Below are positions 37,776-47,951 of a stretch of DNA of 62,100 nucleotides, in pieces (the first letter of the stretch is position 1; each line of letters starts with the position of its first letter). Below the pieces are notes generated by a model, which saw only the letters and a program-made list of their open reading frames with translations, made no database searches and was not told the DNA's origin. The stretch comes from an uncultured Muribaculaceae bacterium (lineage in GTDB: Bacteria; Bacillota_I; Bacilli_A; RF39; UBA660). A program made the position numbers and the translations under genes. Location: contig CAYJNH010000001.1 in assembly GCA_964371705.1 (NCBI GenBank), positions 1-62,100 of the forward strand, in the 5' to 3' direction.

Positions 37776-39440
37776 TTATTTAACTTCCATAATAACAGGA
37801 AGTATTATTGGATGTCTACCAGTTAAAGTATTTATAAATGGTAAAACTTCTAATATAATTTGATTTTTTAAATCAGTATAGCTATAATTATTTTTACTAA
37901 GAAAATCTCTTACGACATAACTAATTTTTTCTTCTATTTTTTTCATCAAATCTAAATTTTCATTAACTAAAACAAATCCTCTAGCAGTAACATTAGGTTT
38001 AATTAATAGTTTTTTATTATTTACATCTATATTAAGTATTGATATTAATATTCCATCTTGACTCATTAATTTACGATCTTTAATTACAACACTACCTATA
38101 TCTCCAATTCTAGATCCATCTACATAAATGTCTCCAGCTGGAACTCTTCCTGCTTTTTTTACTGTACCATTTAAAAGTTCAATAACATCACCATTAGAAC
38201 AAATAAAAGTATTTTCTTCTGGAACATCACAAAGTGTAGCAAGTTCACAGTGAGCTTTTAACATTCTATATTCACCATGCATTGGCATAAAATATTTAGG
38301 TTTAATAATTCTAAGCATCCATTTAAGTTCATCTTCTTTAGCATGTCCAGATGTATGTATTTCTGAAAATTCAGAATTAGTAAATACTCTAACTCCTTTT
38401 AAATATAATTTATTAATTATTTTATTTATACTATCAGAGTTACCTGGTATTGGACTAGATGAGAATACTACTAAGTCATCAGGTATTAATGATATTTGTT
38501 TATGAACACCATTAGCAATTCTTGATAATGCAGCAAGTGGCTCACCTTGAGAACCGGTACATAAAATACAAATTTCTTGTTTTTTTAAACTTTTAGCTTC
38601 ATTTGGAGTAATAAACATAGATCTGTCACTTAAAAGTCCATTTTGAAGTGATAATTCTATGTTATTTTCCATACTACGACCAAAAACTATAATTTTTCTG
38701 TTGTGCTCTTTACAAGTATCAACAATATGTTTAAGTCTATATATATTAGATGCAAACGTTGCAATAATAACTCTTCCTAAATGTTTAGAAATAATATCAT
38801 TTAAAGTTTCATCTACAGAACTTTCACTTTTAGAAAATCCTGGAGATAAAGCATTAGTTGAATCACTTAATAATAAATCAATACCATTAGTTCCAGCTTC
38901 AGCCATTTTGTGTATATCTGCCATTGGTCCAATAGGTGTTAAATCAAATTTAAAATCTCCTGTTTCAAAAATTGTTCCGTTAGGAGTTTTTATTACTAAT
39001 GCAAATGAATCTGGAATAGAGTGAGTAGTATTAATAAAATTAATATTAAAATGTTTTGTTTCTATTTTACTATTCTCATCTATTTGCTCAAAATTATTAT
39101 AAGGGATATTTCTTTCATCAATTTTTTTTCTCATTAAATCTATAGCAATTCTTGGAGCCCAAATTTTTGGTACTTCAATAGAATTAAGTAGAAATGGTAC
39201 ACCACCAATATGATCTTCATGACCATGTGTTATTACTAAACCTTTTATTTTATCAGCATTTTTCTTTAAATAAGTAATATCTTGTATTACGTAATCAATT
39301 CCTAATAAATCATCCTCTGGAAACATAACCCCAGCATCAATTATTATTATTTCTTCTTCGTGAGTTAAAACATACATGTTTTTCCCAACTTCACCAAGTC
39401 CTCCTAAAGCTACAATAGTAGTAGCACTATTATTTTTCAT
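37776..39440 (-). CDS. rnj: ribonuclease J
   Basis: Metallo-beta-lactamase motif THGHEDHIGG, beta-CASP region and a C-terminal domain, with a typical N-terminus (ALGGLGEVGKNMY). Confidence 0.93.
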   Translation of the reverse strand: MKNNSATTIVALGGLGEVGKNMYVLTHEEEIIIIDAGVMFPEDDLLGIDYVIQDITYLKKNADKIKGLVITHGHEDHIGGVPFLLNSIEVPKIWAPRIAIDLMRKKIDERNIPYNNFEQIDENSKIETKHFNINFINTTHSIPDSFALVIKTPNGTIFETGDFKFDLTPIGPMADIHKMAEAGTNGIDLLLSDSTNALSPGFSKSESSVDETLNDIISKHLGRVIIATFASNIYRLKHIVDTCKEHNRKIIVFGRSMENNIELSLQNGLLSDRSMFITPNEAKSLKKQEICILCTGSQGEPLAALSRIANGVHKQISLIPDDLVVFSSSPIPGNSDSINKIINKLYLKGVRVFTNSEFSEIHTSGHAKEDELKWMLRIIKPKYFMPMHGEYRMLKAHCELATLCDVPEENTFICSNGDVIELLNGTVKKAGRVPAGDIYVDGSRIGDIGSVVIKDRKLMSQDGILISILNIDVNNKKLLIKPNVTARGFVLVNENLDLMKKIEEKISYVVRDFLSKNNYSYTDLKNQIILEVLPFINTLTGRHPIILPVIMEVK

Positions 39441-39550
39441 TTATATTCCTTCTTTCTTTTTATAAAGTTAATTGCTTTAAGCATTATACCATAAAACTGG
39501 TAATTTGTCTATTTCCTTTGATTATGATATACTGAAATTGGTGATTATAT

Positions 39551-39949
39551 ATGAAAGTATTAAGTCTTAAAGAACCATATGCTTCACTGATAAAAGAAGG
39601 TATAAAATTAGTTGAAACCAGAAGTTGGAAAACCAACTATCGTGGTGAAATTTATATACATGCAAGTTTAACTAAAGAAAAAACAAATCATAAACATGAT
39701 GATTTCTTTAAACTAACTGAAAACTTAAATAAAAATCCAGGATATATATTATGTAAAGTTAATTTAGTTGATTGTATTTTAATGGATGAGAGTTTTATTG
39801 AAAATCTAAAAAACAATAATAATAAAGAATATTTATGTGGTAGTTATGAAATAGGTAGATATGCTTGGGTTTTAGAAAATATAGAAGTCATTAAACCAAT
39901 AAAAGCAAAAGGACAACTTGGTATATGGAATTTCAATGAAAATATTTGA
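39551..39949 (+). CDS. ASCH domain protein
   Basis: LSLKEPYASLIKEGIKLVETRSW is typical of the ASCH/PUA-like fold. 132 aa. Confidence 0.6.
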   Translation: MKVLSLKEPYASLIKEGIKLVETRSWKTNYRGEIYIHASLTKEKTNHKHDDFFKLTENLNKNPGYILCKVNLVDCILMDESFIENLKNNNNKEYLCGSYEIGRYAWVLENIEVIKPIKAKGQLGIWNFNENI

Positions 39950-39991
39950 TATTAATAGGGATATAATTTATAATAGAAAAAGGTGATATAA

Positions 39992-40975
39992 ATGGGAATA
40001 TTTGATAAAATAAAAAATTTTATAAGTAAAAAAGAAACAAAAGAAGAAAAAGAAGAATTAAAAGTATATGAAAAAGGATTAGAAAAAACCAGAGAAGAGT
40101 TTTCAAATAAATTAGTAAGTTTATCAAAAAGTCATAAAAAAGTAACTGAAGAATATTTTGAAGAACTTGAAAACATTTTGATAATGGCTGATATAGGGGT
40201 AAATACTGTCATGGATTTTTTAGATCAACTAAGGTCTAGAGTAAAAAAAGAAAAAATTTCTAACTCAGAAGATTTAAAAGAAATAATAGTAGATGAATTA
40301 TTTATAATATATGTTAATAATGAAAGTTTAACAGATAAAATGAATATACAAGAAAATGAACCAACTGTAATTTTAGTAGTAGGAGTTAATGGAGTTGGAA
40401 AAACAACTACAATAGCTAAACTTGCACATAAATATCAAAAAGAAAACAAAAAAGTTTTACTCATTGCTGGAGACACATTCAGAGCAGGTGCAACAGAGCA
40501 ACTTAAAGTATGGGCGCAAAGAACGAATAGTTTATTTTATGGAAAAGAAAATTCTGATCCAGCTAGTGTAGTGTTTGATGGTTTAAAATATGGTAAAAAG
40601 GAAAATGCAGATATTATTTTAATAGATACAGCTGGAAGACTTCAAAATAAAGTTAACTTAATGAAGGAATTAGAAAAGATAAATAAAATCATAGGTAGAG
40701 AAATAGCAAGTGCACCTCATGAAACTTTATTAATAGTAGATGCATCAACTGGTCAAAATGGTATTATGCAAGCAGAAAGTTTTAAAGAAATTACTAACGT
40801 TAGTGGCCTAGTCTTAACTAAATTAGATGGTACTGCAAAAGGTGGAATAGTTTTAGCGATTAAGGAAAAAGTGAATATACCAGTAAAATTTATTGGTTTT
40901 GGAGAAAAAATGGAAGATTTAAAAACATTTGATATAGAAAATTATATATATGGTTTATTTAAGGATATGATGTAA
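39992..40975 (+). CDS. ftsY: signal recognition particle receptor FtsY
   Basis: NG domain motifs GVNGVGKTTT, DTAGR and TKLDGTAKGG. Confidence 0.95.
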   Translation: MGIFDKIKNFISKKETKEEKEELKVYEKGLEKTREEFSNKLVSLSKSHKKVTEEYFEELENILIMADIGVNTVMDFLDQLRSRVKKEKISNSEDLKEIIVDELFIIYVNNESLTDKMNIQENEPTVILVVGVNGVGKTTTIAKLAHKYQKENKKVLLIAGDTFRAGATEQLKVWAQRTNSLFYGKENSDPASVVFDGLKYGKKENADIILIDTAGRLQNKVNLMKELEKINKIIGREIASAPHETLLIVDASTGQNGIMQAESFKEITNVSGLVLTKLDGTAKGGIVLAIKEKVNIPVKFIGFGEKMEDLKTFDIENYIYGLFKDMM

Positions 40976-40976
40976 T

Positions 40977-41267
40977 ATGGATAAACTAATATATTTTAAC
41001 AAACTTTTTGATATATATGGAGAATTATTTACTGACAATCAAAAAGAATTATTTAAACTGTACTATGAAGAAAATTTAAGTTTACAAGAAATAGCAGATT
41101 TAAAAAAAGTTTCAAGAGCATTCGTTTCCAAATCTATTAATCAAACTGAAGAAAAATTAGAAGAATATGAAGTAATCATAAAAAGTTTATTACAAAAAGA
41201 AAAAATAAATAATATAATGAAATTAAATGATATAAATTTAATAAAAGAAGAATTAAATAAGTTATAA
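40977..41267 (+). CDS. ylxM: YlxM/UPF0122 family putative DNA-binding protein
   Basis: About 100 aa sigma-70 region-4-like HTH (LSLQEIADLKKVSRAFVSKSI), directly after ftsY. Confidence 0.75.
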   Translation: MDKLIYFNKLFDIYGELFTDNQKELFKLYYEENLSLQEIADLKKVSRAFVSKSINQTEEKLEEYEVIIKSLLQKEKINNIMKLNDINLIKEELNKL

Positions 41268-41422
41268 AGCATATCTTTTATTAGAGGTGTGAAATGAAAA
41301 AGATAATAGAAAATATCAAAAAATTTTTCAACGTTAAAAGTAGTGAAGAAAGCAATAAATAATTTGCTTTTTTTAGTGAAAAAAAATAAGTATTATGATA
41401 TTATTAAAATAGGTGAGAATAA

Positions 41423-42478
41423 ATGAAGTGTATAACAATAATTCCAGCATATGAGCCAGATAGTAAACTTATTAAATATGTAAAAGATATGCTAAAGAAA
41501 AATTTTTGTGAAATATTAATAATAAATGATGGAAGTAATATAGATAAAAAACATATATTTGATGAGCTTTCTAAAATAAAAAAATGTAAAGTTTTACATC
41601 ATGAAAAAAATATGGGAAAAGGAAAAGCTTTAAAAACAGCATTCACTTATGTAATAAATCATAAAAAAAATGTAGATATAGTGATTACAGCAGATGCAGA
41701 TGGACAGCACTTAGTTAGTGATGTTTATAAGATGTATAAAAGTGCATACAAAAGCCAAAATGATTTTATTTTAGGGGTAAGATCATTTGACAAAAATACG
41801 CCTTTAAGAAGTATGATAGGCAATAAAATATCAACTGTACTAATTAAAATATTACATAATATAAATTTAAAAGATACACAAACAGGATTAAGATTATTTA
41901 GAAAAAATCACTTAAAATGGTTAGAAAAAATAAAAGGTAATAGATTTGAATATGAATTAAATGTTTTGTTAGAATCAAAAAAAGAAAATATAAAATTTTC
42001 TGAAGTGCCTATTAAAACTGTGTATATAAATGATAATAAATCTAGTCATTTTAAACCAGTAAAAGATGCCTTTAGAATATTTATGCAATTGATTAAAGGT
42101 TCAAAATTATATGCGGCAAGCTCGCTATTAAGTGCAGGAATAGATATATTATTATTTACATTATTGACATTAGTATTTAATAATATATATGCAGCATTTG
42201 TAACAATAACTTTATCAACTGGTGTATCAAGAATAATTTCATCTCTAGTAAACTACAATTTAAATTTAAGAATATTCACAAACAATAAAAATATGAATGT
42301 ATCTTCAGTCATAAGATATTATGTTTTATGGTCAACTCAATTAATATTTTCAATATTATTAGTTTCATATTTTAGTACATATGTAGTAATTAATATGGTA
42401 TTAACTAAGATAATAATAGACACAGTATTATTTATTATTAGTTATCAAGTTCAATTAAGATGGGTTTTTAGAAAATGA
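41423..42478 (+). CDS. family 2 glycosyltransferase fused to a GtrA-like membrane domain
   Basis: IIPAYEPD ... DADGQH GT-A motifs, followed by 4 TM helices of GtrA type. Confidence 0.75.
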   Translation: MKCITIIPAYEPDSKLIKYVKDMLKKNFCEILIINDGSNIDKKHIFDELSKIKKCKVLHHEKNMGKGKALKTAFTYVINHKKNVDIVITADADGQHLVSDVYKMYKSAYKSQNDFILGVRSFDKNTPLRSMIGNKISTVLIKILHNINLKDTQTGLRLFRKNHLKWLEKIKGNRFEYELNVLLESKKENIKFSEVPIKTVYINDNKSSHFKPVKDAFRIFMQLIKGSKLYAASSLLSAGIDILLFTLLTLVFNNIYAAFVTITLSTGVSRIISSLVNYNLNLRIFTNNKNMNVSSVIRYYVLWSTQLIFSILLVSYFSTYVVINMVLTKIIIDTVLFIISYQVQLRWVFRK

Positions 42479-42533
42479 GTTTAAATACTCATTTTTTTTG
42501 TTGATATACATAAATTTTTATAAGAGGTGTTAT

Positions 42534-43673
42534 ATGAAAAAAATGTTAATTATAATTATAAGTTTTATATCATTTATAAATATTGTTAATGCACAAGATT
42601 TAGCAGTTAATTCTAAAAGTGCTATCTTAATTGAAAAATCAACAGGTGAAGTTCTTTATGAGAAAAATTCGAAAGAAAAATTATCTCCAGCATCAATGAC
42701 TAAAATAGCAAGTATGCTTTTGATAATGGAAGCAATAGACGAAGGAAAACTATCTTATGAAGACACAGTTACTATCAGTAGTGATGCTGCATCAATGGGT
42801 GGAAGTCAAATATTTTTAGAAGAAGGAGATGTATATAAAGTTAATGAGTTATTAAAAGGCGTAGCAATAGCTTCTGGTAACGATGCAGTATATGCTTTAG
42901 CAGAAAAAGTAGGCGGAACAAAAGATAATTTTGTAAAAATGATGAATGAAAAATGTGAAAGTTTAGGTTGTGAGTCTACCAATTTTATGAATCCTCATGG
43001 ACTTGATGAAGATAATCATTATTCTTCTGCATATGATATGGCTCTTTTAGCAAAGGAATTATTAAATTATGAAGATATACTAGAATACACAAGTATATAT
43101 GAAGAATATTTAAATAAACCAGATGGATCAAGTACTTGGCTTGTTAATACTAATAAACTTATAAGATATTATCCAGGAGTAGATGGTCTTAAAACAGGAT
43201 ATACCACACTAGCTGGATATTGTTTAACTGCAACAGCTCAAAAAAATGATTTAAGGTTAATAGCTGTATCAATGGGCGCATCATCCTCTGAAAATAGAAG
43301 TACAGATATTATAAATATGCTTCAATATGGATTTAATTCATATAAGCTATTTGTAATAAAAGATAAAGATGAATCAATTGGCAAAATAGATGTTATCGGA
43401 GGTAAAGTAGATGAAGTTGAAGTATATTTAAAAGAAGATGCAACAAAACTGCAAAAAGTTACTGAAAATAATTTAGAATATACATTTGATATTACTATAA
43501 ATAGTATAAAAGCTCCATTAAAAGAAAATGAAGTAATCGGAAAAGTAGATATAATAGATAGTGATAACAATAAAGTTGATACTCTTGATATAATAGTAAA
43601 AGAAGAAATAAAAAAAGCTAACTTAATCGATTATATAATTAAAAATATAAACGCAATTATAAACGGAAAATAA
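42534..43673 (+). CDS. D-alanyl-D-alanine carboxypeptidase (S11, PBP5-like)
   Basis: Signal peptide plus the SPASMTK (SxxK), SGN and KTG motifs. The start at 42534 follows AGAGGTG. Confidence 0.88.
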   Translation: MKKMLIIIISFISFINIVNAQDLAVNSKSAILIEKSTGEVLYEKNSKEKLSPASMTKIASMLLIMEAIDEGKLSYEDTVTISSDAASMGGSQIFLEEGDVYKVNELLKGVAIASGNDAVYALAEKVGGTKDNFVKMMNEKCESLGCESTNFMNPHGLDEDNHYSSAYDMALLAKELLNYEDILEYTSIYEEYLNKPDGSSTWLVNTNKLIRYYPGVDGLKTGYTTLAGYCLTATAQKNDLRLIAVSMGASSSENRSTDIINMLQYGFNSYKLFVIKDKDESIGKIDVIGGKVDEVEVYLKEDATKLQKVTENNLEYTFDITINSIKAPLKENEVIGKVDIIDSDNNKVDTLDIIVKEEIKKANLIDYIIKNINAIINGK

Positions 43674-43718
43674 TTTTAATTAATAAAGAATCATGGTATA
43701 CTAATTATAGAGGTATAT

Positions 43719-44750
43719 ATGATAAATCAAATAATTTTGTTAATAATATTAATATGCATAAATGCATTTTTTGCCGCTACTGAAATAGCATTCATATCAA
43801 TAAATGATATGAAATTTAAACAAAAGGCAAAAGAAAAAGATAAAAAAGCAATTGAAATAATGAAAATTCTTAAAACTCCTAGTGCTTTTTTAGCCACTAT
43901 TCAAATTGGAATAACTCTAGCGGGTTTTCTATCATCAGCTTTAGCATCGGAAGCTTTTGCAGAAAAATTAGCTCCAGTTTTACACAATATAATGCCGTTT
44001 ATAAGCTTAAGTACATTTAATGCGATATCTATAATAGTGGTAACTATTGTACTATCGTTTTTTATGCTTTTATTTGGTGAACTTATTCCAAAAAGAATAG
44101 CTATGAAACATGATGAGTACATAGTATACAAAAGTATAAATATTATTAAATTTATTTCAATTATTGCCAAACCATTTGTAGCTCTTTTAACTAGTATAAC
44201 TGATGGTGTTTCAAAAAAATTTGGTGTACAAGAATATGAAGAAGAACACATTACAGAAGAAGAAATTAGAATGATTATTAATCAAGGTAAAGAAAAAGGC
44301 GCTATTAAAAGATACGAACAAAATTTAATAAATAATGTGTTAGGTTTCAATGATAAAAAAGTAATAGAAATAACTATTTTAAAAGAAAATGTAGTAACTC
44401 TTGATATAAACTTGACTATAGATAAAACTTTATTGATTTTAAAAAAAGAAGGTTATAAATATAGTAGAATACCAGTGTATAATGATGATGAAAATACAAT
44501 AATAGGTATTTTATATACTAAAGATTTATTAAGAAATATAGATAAACCAGATATGATAATAAATAAAATTATATATGAGCCTTTATTTGTTTCATCAAAT
44601 GATTATGTTAATGTTGTATTCAATAAACTAAAAAGAAATAAAAAACAAATTGCTGTAGTACTAGATAATAACAAATACATGGGAATTGTATCCATGGAAA
44701 ACGTTTTAGAAGAAATTGTAGGAGATATAGTAGATGAATATGGAAACTAA
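43719..44750 (+). CDS. CNNM/TlyC-family transporter (DUF21 plus CBS pair), lacking the CorC_HlyC C-terminal domain
   Basis: N-terminal 4-TM DUF21 domain (FFAATEIAFIS), then a tandem CBS region. The protein ends shortly after the CBS pair. Confidence 0.75.
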   Translation: MINQIILLIILICINAFFAATEIAFISINDMKFKQKAKEKDKKAIEIMKILKTPSAFLATIQIGITLAGFLSSALASEAFAEKLAPVLHNIMPFISLSTFNAISIIVVTIVLSFFMLLFGELIPKRIAMKHDEYIVYKSINIIKFISIIAKPFVALLTSITDGVSKKFGVQEYEEEHITEEEIRMIINQGKEKGAIKRYEQNLINNVLGFNDKKVIEITILKENVVTLDINLTIDKTLLILKKEGYKYSRIPVYNDDENTIIGILYTKDLLRNIDKPDMIINKIIYEPLFVSSNDYVNVVFNKLKRNKKQIAVVLDNNKYMGIVSMENVLEEIVGDIVDEYGN

Positions 44751-47343
44751 AAAATATTATAAAGAAAGTGTAGAGCAAATTTTAAATGAATTAGAGAGTA
44801 ATAAAAATGGATTAACAGAAAAAGAAATTAAATTAAGATTAGAAAAATATGGATCTAATAAATTAGAAGAAAAGAAAAAGAAAAGCAGTATTATAAAATT
44901 TTTTGAACAATTTAAAGATATAATGGTGTTAATATTAATATGTGCAGCAGTATTAAGTTTCATAATATCTTTAAGGGAAAAAGAGTCTTTTTTAGAAAGT
45001 TACATAATATTAGCCATAATTATATTAAATGCAATTTTAGGTTTCATTCAAGAAGCTAAAGCTGATAAAGCAATTGATGCATTAAAAAAAATGTCTACTA
45101 CAAGTGTAAAAGTTAAAAGAAATAATGAAATAAAAAAAATTAACGTTCAAGAGCTTGTTCCAGGAGATATATTAATTTTAGAAGCAGGAGATTATGTCCC
45201 AGCTGATGCAAGGTTATTTTATGTATCATCCCTTAAAGTAGAAGAAGCTTCATTAACTGGAGAATCGGGTTCAGTTGAAAAGAATTTAGAATTAATTAAA
45301 GAAGATGTAATAATTAGTGATAGAAAAAACATGATATATTCAGGTAGTAGTGTAGTATATGGAAAATGTGAAGCAATTGTTACATCTACAGGTATGAATA
45401 CAGAACTTGGAAAAATAGCACTATCATTAACAACAGAAAAAGAAGTAAAAACATTACTTCAGATAAAAATACATAATATAAGTAAAGTTCTTAGTTATAT
45501 CATAGCAGTAATAGTAGTAATTATGCTTTTAATAGGTATAGTTAATGATATGGATATTATGCATGTATTTATCATGGCAATATCACTGGCTGTAGCTGCT
45601 ATACCAGAAGGGTTACCTACGGTTATCACAGTAATATTATCCTTAGGTATGACAAAGCTTGCTAAAAAAAATGCAGTAGTACGTAAAATATCATCTGTAG
45701 AAACTTTGGGTAGTACACAAGTTATAGCCTCAGATAAAACAGGTACAATTACAAAAAATGAAATGACTGTAAGAAAATTTTATATAGATGAAAAAATTGT
45801 TGATAGTGCAGATAATAAAATGCTTAATAAAATCATGTGGCAATGTATAGATGTAACTAAAGATAAAAATAAATATCTTGGTGATCCTACAGAAATAGCT
45901 TTATATAAATATGTAGAAAAAAACAATATGAATTTAATTGAAAAACACGAAAAAATATTTGAGTTTCCTTTCGATTCTGACCGTAAATTAATGAGTGTAA
46001 TAACTAAAGATAATGAAGGGGTAGAAGTTCTTACCAAAGGAAGTTTAAATAGTATGCTTGCTATATGTAAAAAAATATTAGTTAATAATAAAGAAGTTAA
46101 TTTAACAAATGCATTTATAGATAAAATATTAGAAGCAGAAAAAAATATGTCTGATAGTGCTCTTAGATGTCTTGCTTTTGGTTATAAAAAAATCAAAGAA
46201 AAAAAAGAATATAATATAAAAGAAGTTGAGAGTGATTTAGTTTTAGTAGGTTTAGTTGCAATGATAGATCCTCCAAGAGACTCAGTAAATAACGCTATAA
46301 AAACTTGTTTGCAAGCAGGCATTAAACCTATTATGATAACTGGAGATAGTATAAATACAGCTAAAGCAATAGCTAAAGAAGTAGGAATTTATAAAGAAGG
46401 AGATTCAGCTCTTGAGGGAATCACTTTGGAAAAAATGAGTGACACAGATTTAAAAAAAGCTGTAAATAATGTGGTAGTATATGCAAGAGTAACGCCAGAG
46501 CATAAACTTAGAATTGTTAAAGCTTTAAAAGCAAATGGTAAAGTTGTAGCAATGACAGGTGATGGAGTAAATGATGCACCAGCACTTAAAGTATCCGATG
46601 TTGGTGTTGGTATGGGAATTACTGGTACAGAAGTATCAAAAAATGTTTCAGACATAGTTTTATTGGATGATTCGTTTAATACAATAGTAGTAGCAGTAGA
46701 AGAAGGAAGAAATATTTTTGAAAATATTAGAAAAGCTATATGTTATTTATTAACTGCTAATATAGCAGAAATAATAATAGTTTTTGTAGCAATGATTTTT
46801 AACGCTAGCATATTTTTACCAATACATTTGCTATATATTAATTTGGTTACTGATTCCCTTCCAGCAATAGCACTATCTTTTGAAAAAAATGATAAAGATA
46901 TTATGAAAAGAAAACCAAGAAAAAATACAAATACACTTTTTACACCATTATTAATATCAAGAATAGCTTTATCAGCAATATTAAAATCAATTGCAGTATT
47001 GGCATTATATTTTACATCTAATATAATATTTGGCCCAGAAAAAAGTACAACAATTGCATTCTTAGGATTAATATTATTAGAAATGACATTTGCGCTTACT
47101 AGCCGTAATCTATATAAAAATATATTTAATAAAGAATTTTTATCAAATAGAATTATGAATTTATCAATGATCATTTTAATAATACTTCAATTAATACTAT
47201 TTTTAACACCTGCTAGAACATTGTTTGAAATAGTTACATTAAATTTTAAAGAATTTATATACATATTAGTATATGTTATTGCAGTGTTTGGATTAAATGA
47301 AGTCATAAAACCATTTTTATTAAGATCATTTAAAGATGAATGA
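44734..47343 (+). CDS. P-type cation-transporting ATPase (Ca2+-ATPase-like, P2 type)
   Basis: TGES, DKTGTIT, TGD and GDGVNDAPALK motifs, and 10 TM helices. 17-nt overlap with the upstream gene. Confidence 0.92.
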   Translation: MNMETKKYYKESVEQILNELESNKNGLTEKEIKLRLEKYGSNKLEEKKKKSSIIKFFEQFKDIMVLILICAAVLSFIISLREKESFLESYIILAIIILNAILGFIQEAKADKAIDALKKMSTTSVKVKRNNEIKKINVQELVPGDILILEAGDYVPADARLFYVSSLKVEEASLTGESGSVEKNLELIKEDVIISDRKNMIYSGSSVVYGKCEAIVTSTGMNTELGKIALSLTTEKEVKTLLQIKIHNISKVLSYIIAVIVVIMLLIGIVNDMDIMHVFIMAISLAVAAIPEGLPTVITVILSLGMTKLAKKNAVVRKISSVETLGSTQVIASDKTGTITKNEMTVRKFYIDEKIVDSADNKMLNKIMWQCIDVTKDKNKYLGDPTEIALYKYVEKNNMNLIEKHEKIFEFPFDSDRKLMSVITKDNEGVEVLTKGSLNSMLAICKKILVNNKEVNLTNAFIDKILEAEKNMSDSALRCLAFGYKKIKEKKEYNIKEVESDLVLVGLVAMIDPPRDSVNNAIKTCLQAGIKPIMITGDSINTAKAIAKEVGIYKEGDSALEGITLEKMSDTDLKKAVNNVVVYARVTPEHKLRIVKALKANGKVVAMTGDGVNDAPALKVSDVGVGMGITGTEVSKNVSDIVLLDDSFNTIVVAVEEGRNIFENIRKAICYLLTANIAEIIIVFVAMIFNASIFLPIHLLYINLVTDSLPAIALSFEKNDKDIMKRKPRKNTNTLFTPLLISRIALSAILKSIAVLALYFTSNIIFGPEKSTTIAFLGLILLEMTFALTSRNLYKNIFNKEFLSNRIMNLSMIILIILQLILFLTPARTLFEIVTLNFKEFIYILVYVIAVFGLNEVIKPFLLRSFKDE

Positions 47344-47352
47344 AAGGAAAAT

Positions 47353-47679
47353 ATGTATAATTTAGAACTAGAAAAAAATGAAGAAATAATAGTTATTGAA
47401 GATGATATAATTGTTTCAAATAAAGATAAAAGTAAAATATCGACTGTAGCATTAACTAATAAGAGATTACTATTTTTAGATTTACCATTAAATACAACAG
47501 ATGAGAGTATTAGGTTAGCAAATGCATCTGATTATATTAAAATAAAAGAAGTATATTACTCAGTTAATTTAAATCAAATAAAATCAGTTATTAAAGATTA
47601 TATAATATTAGATAATAACCAAGAGATAATAATAGCAAGTAAAAATATTATAAAAAGATTACAGATATTAAGCAAATAG
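47353..47679 (+). CDS. hypothetical protein (possible bacterial PH-like domain)
   Basis: 108 aa. ALTNKRLLFLD is reminiscent of bPH/GRAM-like folds. The call is weak. Confidence 0.35.
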   Translation: MYNLELEKNEEIIVIEDDIIVSNKDKSKISTVALTNKRLLFLDLPLNTTDESIRLANASDYIKIKEVYYSVNLNQIKSVIKDYIILDNNQEIIIASKNIIKRLQILSK

Positions 47680-47687
47680 TCATTTAT

Positions 47688-47715
47688 TTGACAAACGAAA
47701 AGAAAATGATATAAT
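47688..47715 (+). promoter_or_regulatory. sigma-A-type promoter with extended -10 for the argS leader
   Basis: TTGACA, 16 nt spacer ending in TGA, TATAAT. Confidence 0.55.
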
Positions 47716-47721
47716 ATTTAT

Positions 47722-47937
47722 ATAAATGCAAAGGAAAAAAGTAGTAATAAGTAATTTATTTTAAAGTGAGTTTATGGTTAGTGCGAATAAGCAAATAATC
47801 TTATGAATGAATTTTTCCAGCAGGCTATAAGCTCGCAGAAATGCGTTATATATGAAGATGATAGTATTTTGCTATAAGTAAGGTGGTACCGCGGGTTTAA
47901 TCTCGTCCTTACAAATTGCAGGATGCTTTTTATTTTG
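47722..47937 (+). promoter_or_regulatory. T-box leader (tRNA-sensing riboswitch) upstream of argS
   Basis: Conserved T-box sequence AAGGTGGTACCGCG (47880-47893). Stem I elements AGTAGTA (S-turn side), AGTGAG and GGTTAGTGCGA (distal loop). Short hairpin cgtcct/aggatg followed by a T-run. Confidence 0.85.
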
Positions 47938-47951
47938 AAGGGAGAAAATAT

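Noticed and set aside
47341-47355. The TGA stop of the P-type ATPase is in frame with the next ORF (tga aag gaa aat ATG), which raises the idea of read-through, or of UGA recoding linked to the odd T-box specifier.
   Set aside because: The ATPase ends at a normal position for the family. The downstream ORF has its own RBS-like aaaggaaa. Other genes (39947, 42476) also end in TGA, and no conserved gene in the window is interrupted by TGA. TGA therefore behaves as a stop.
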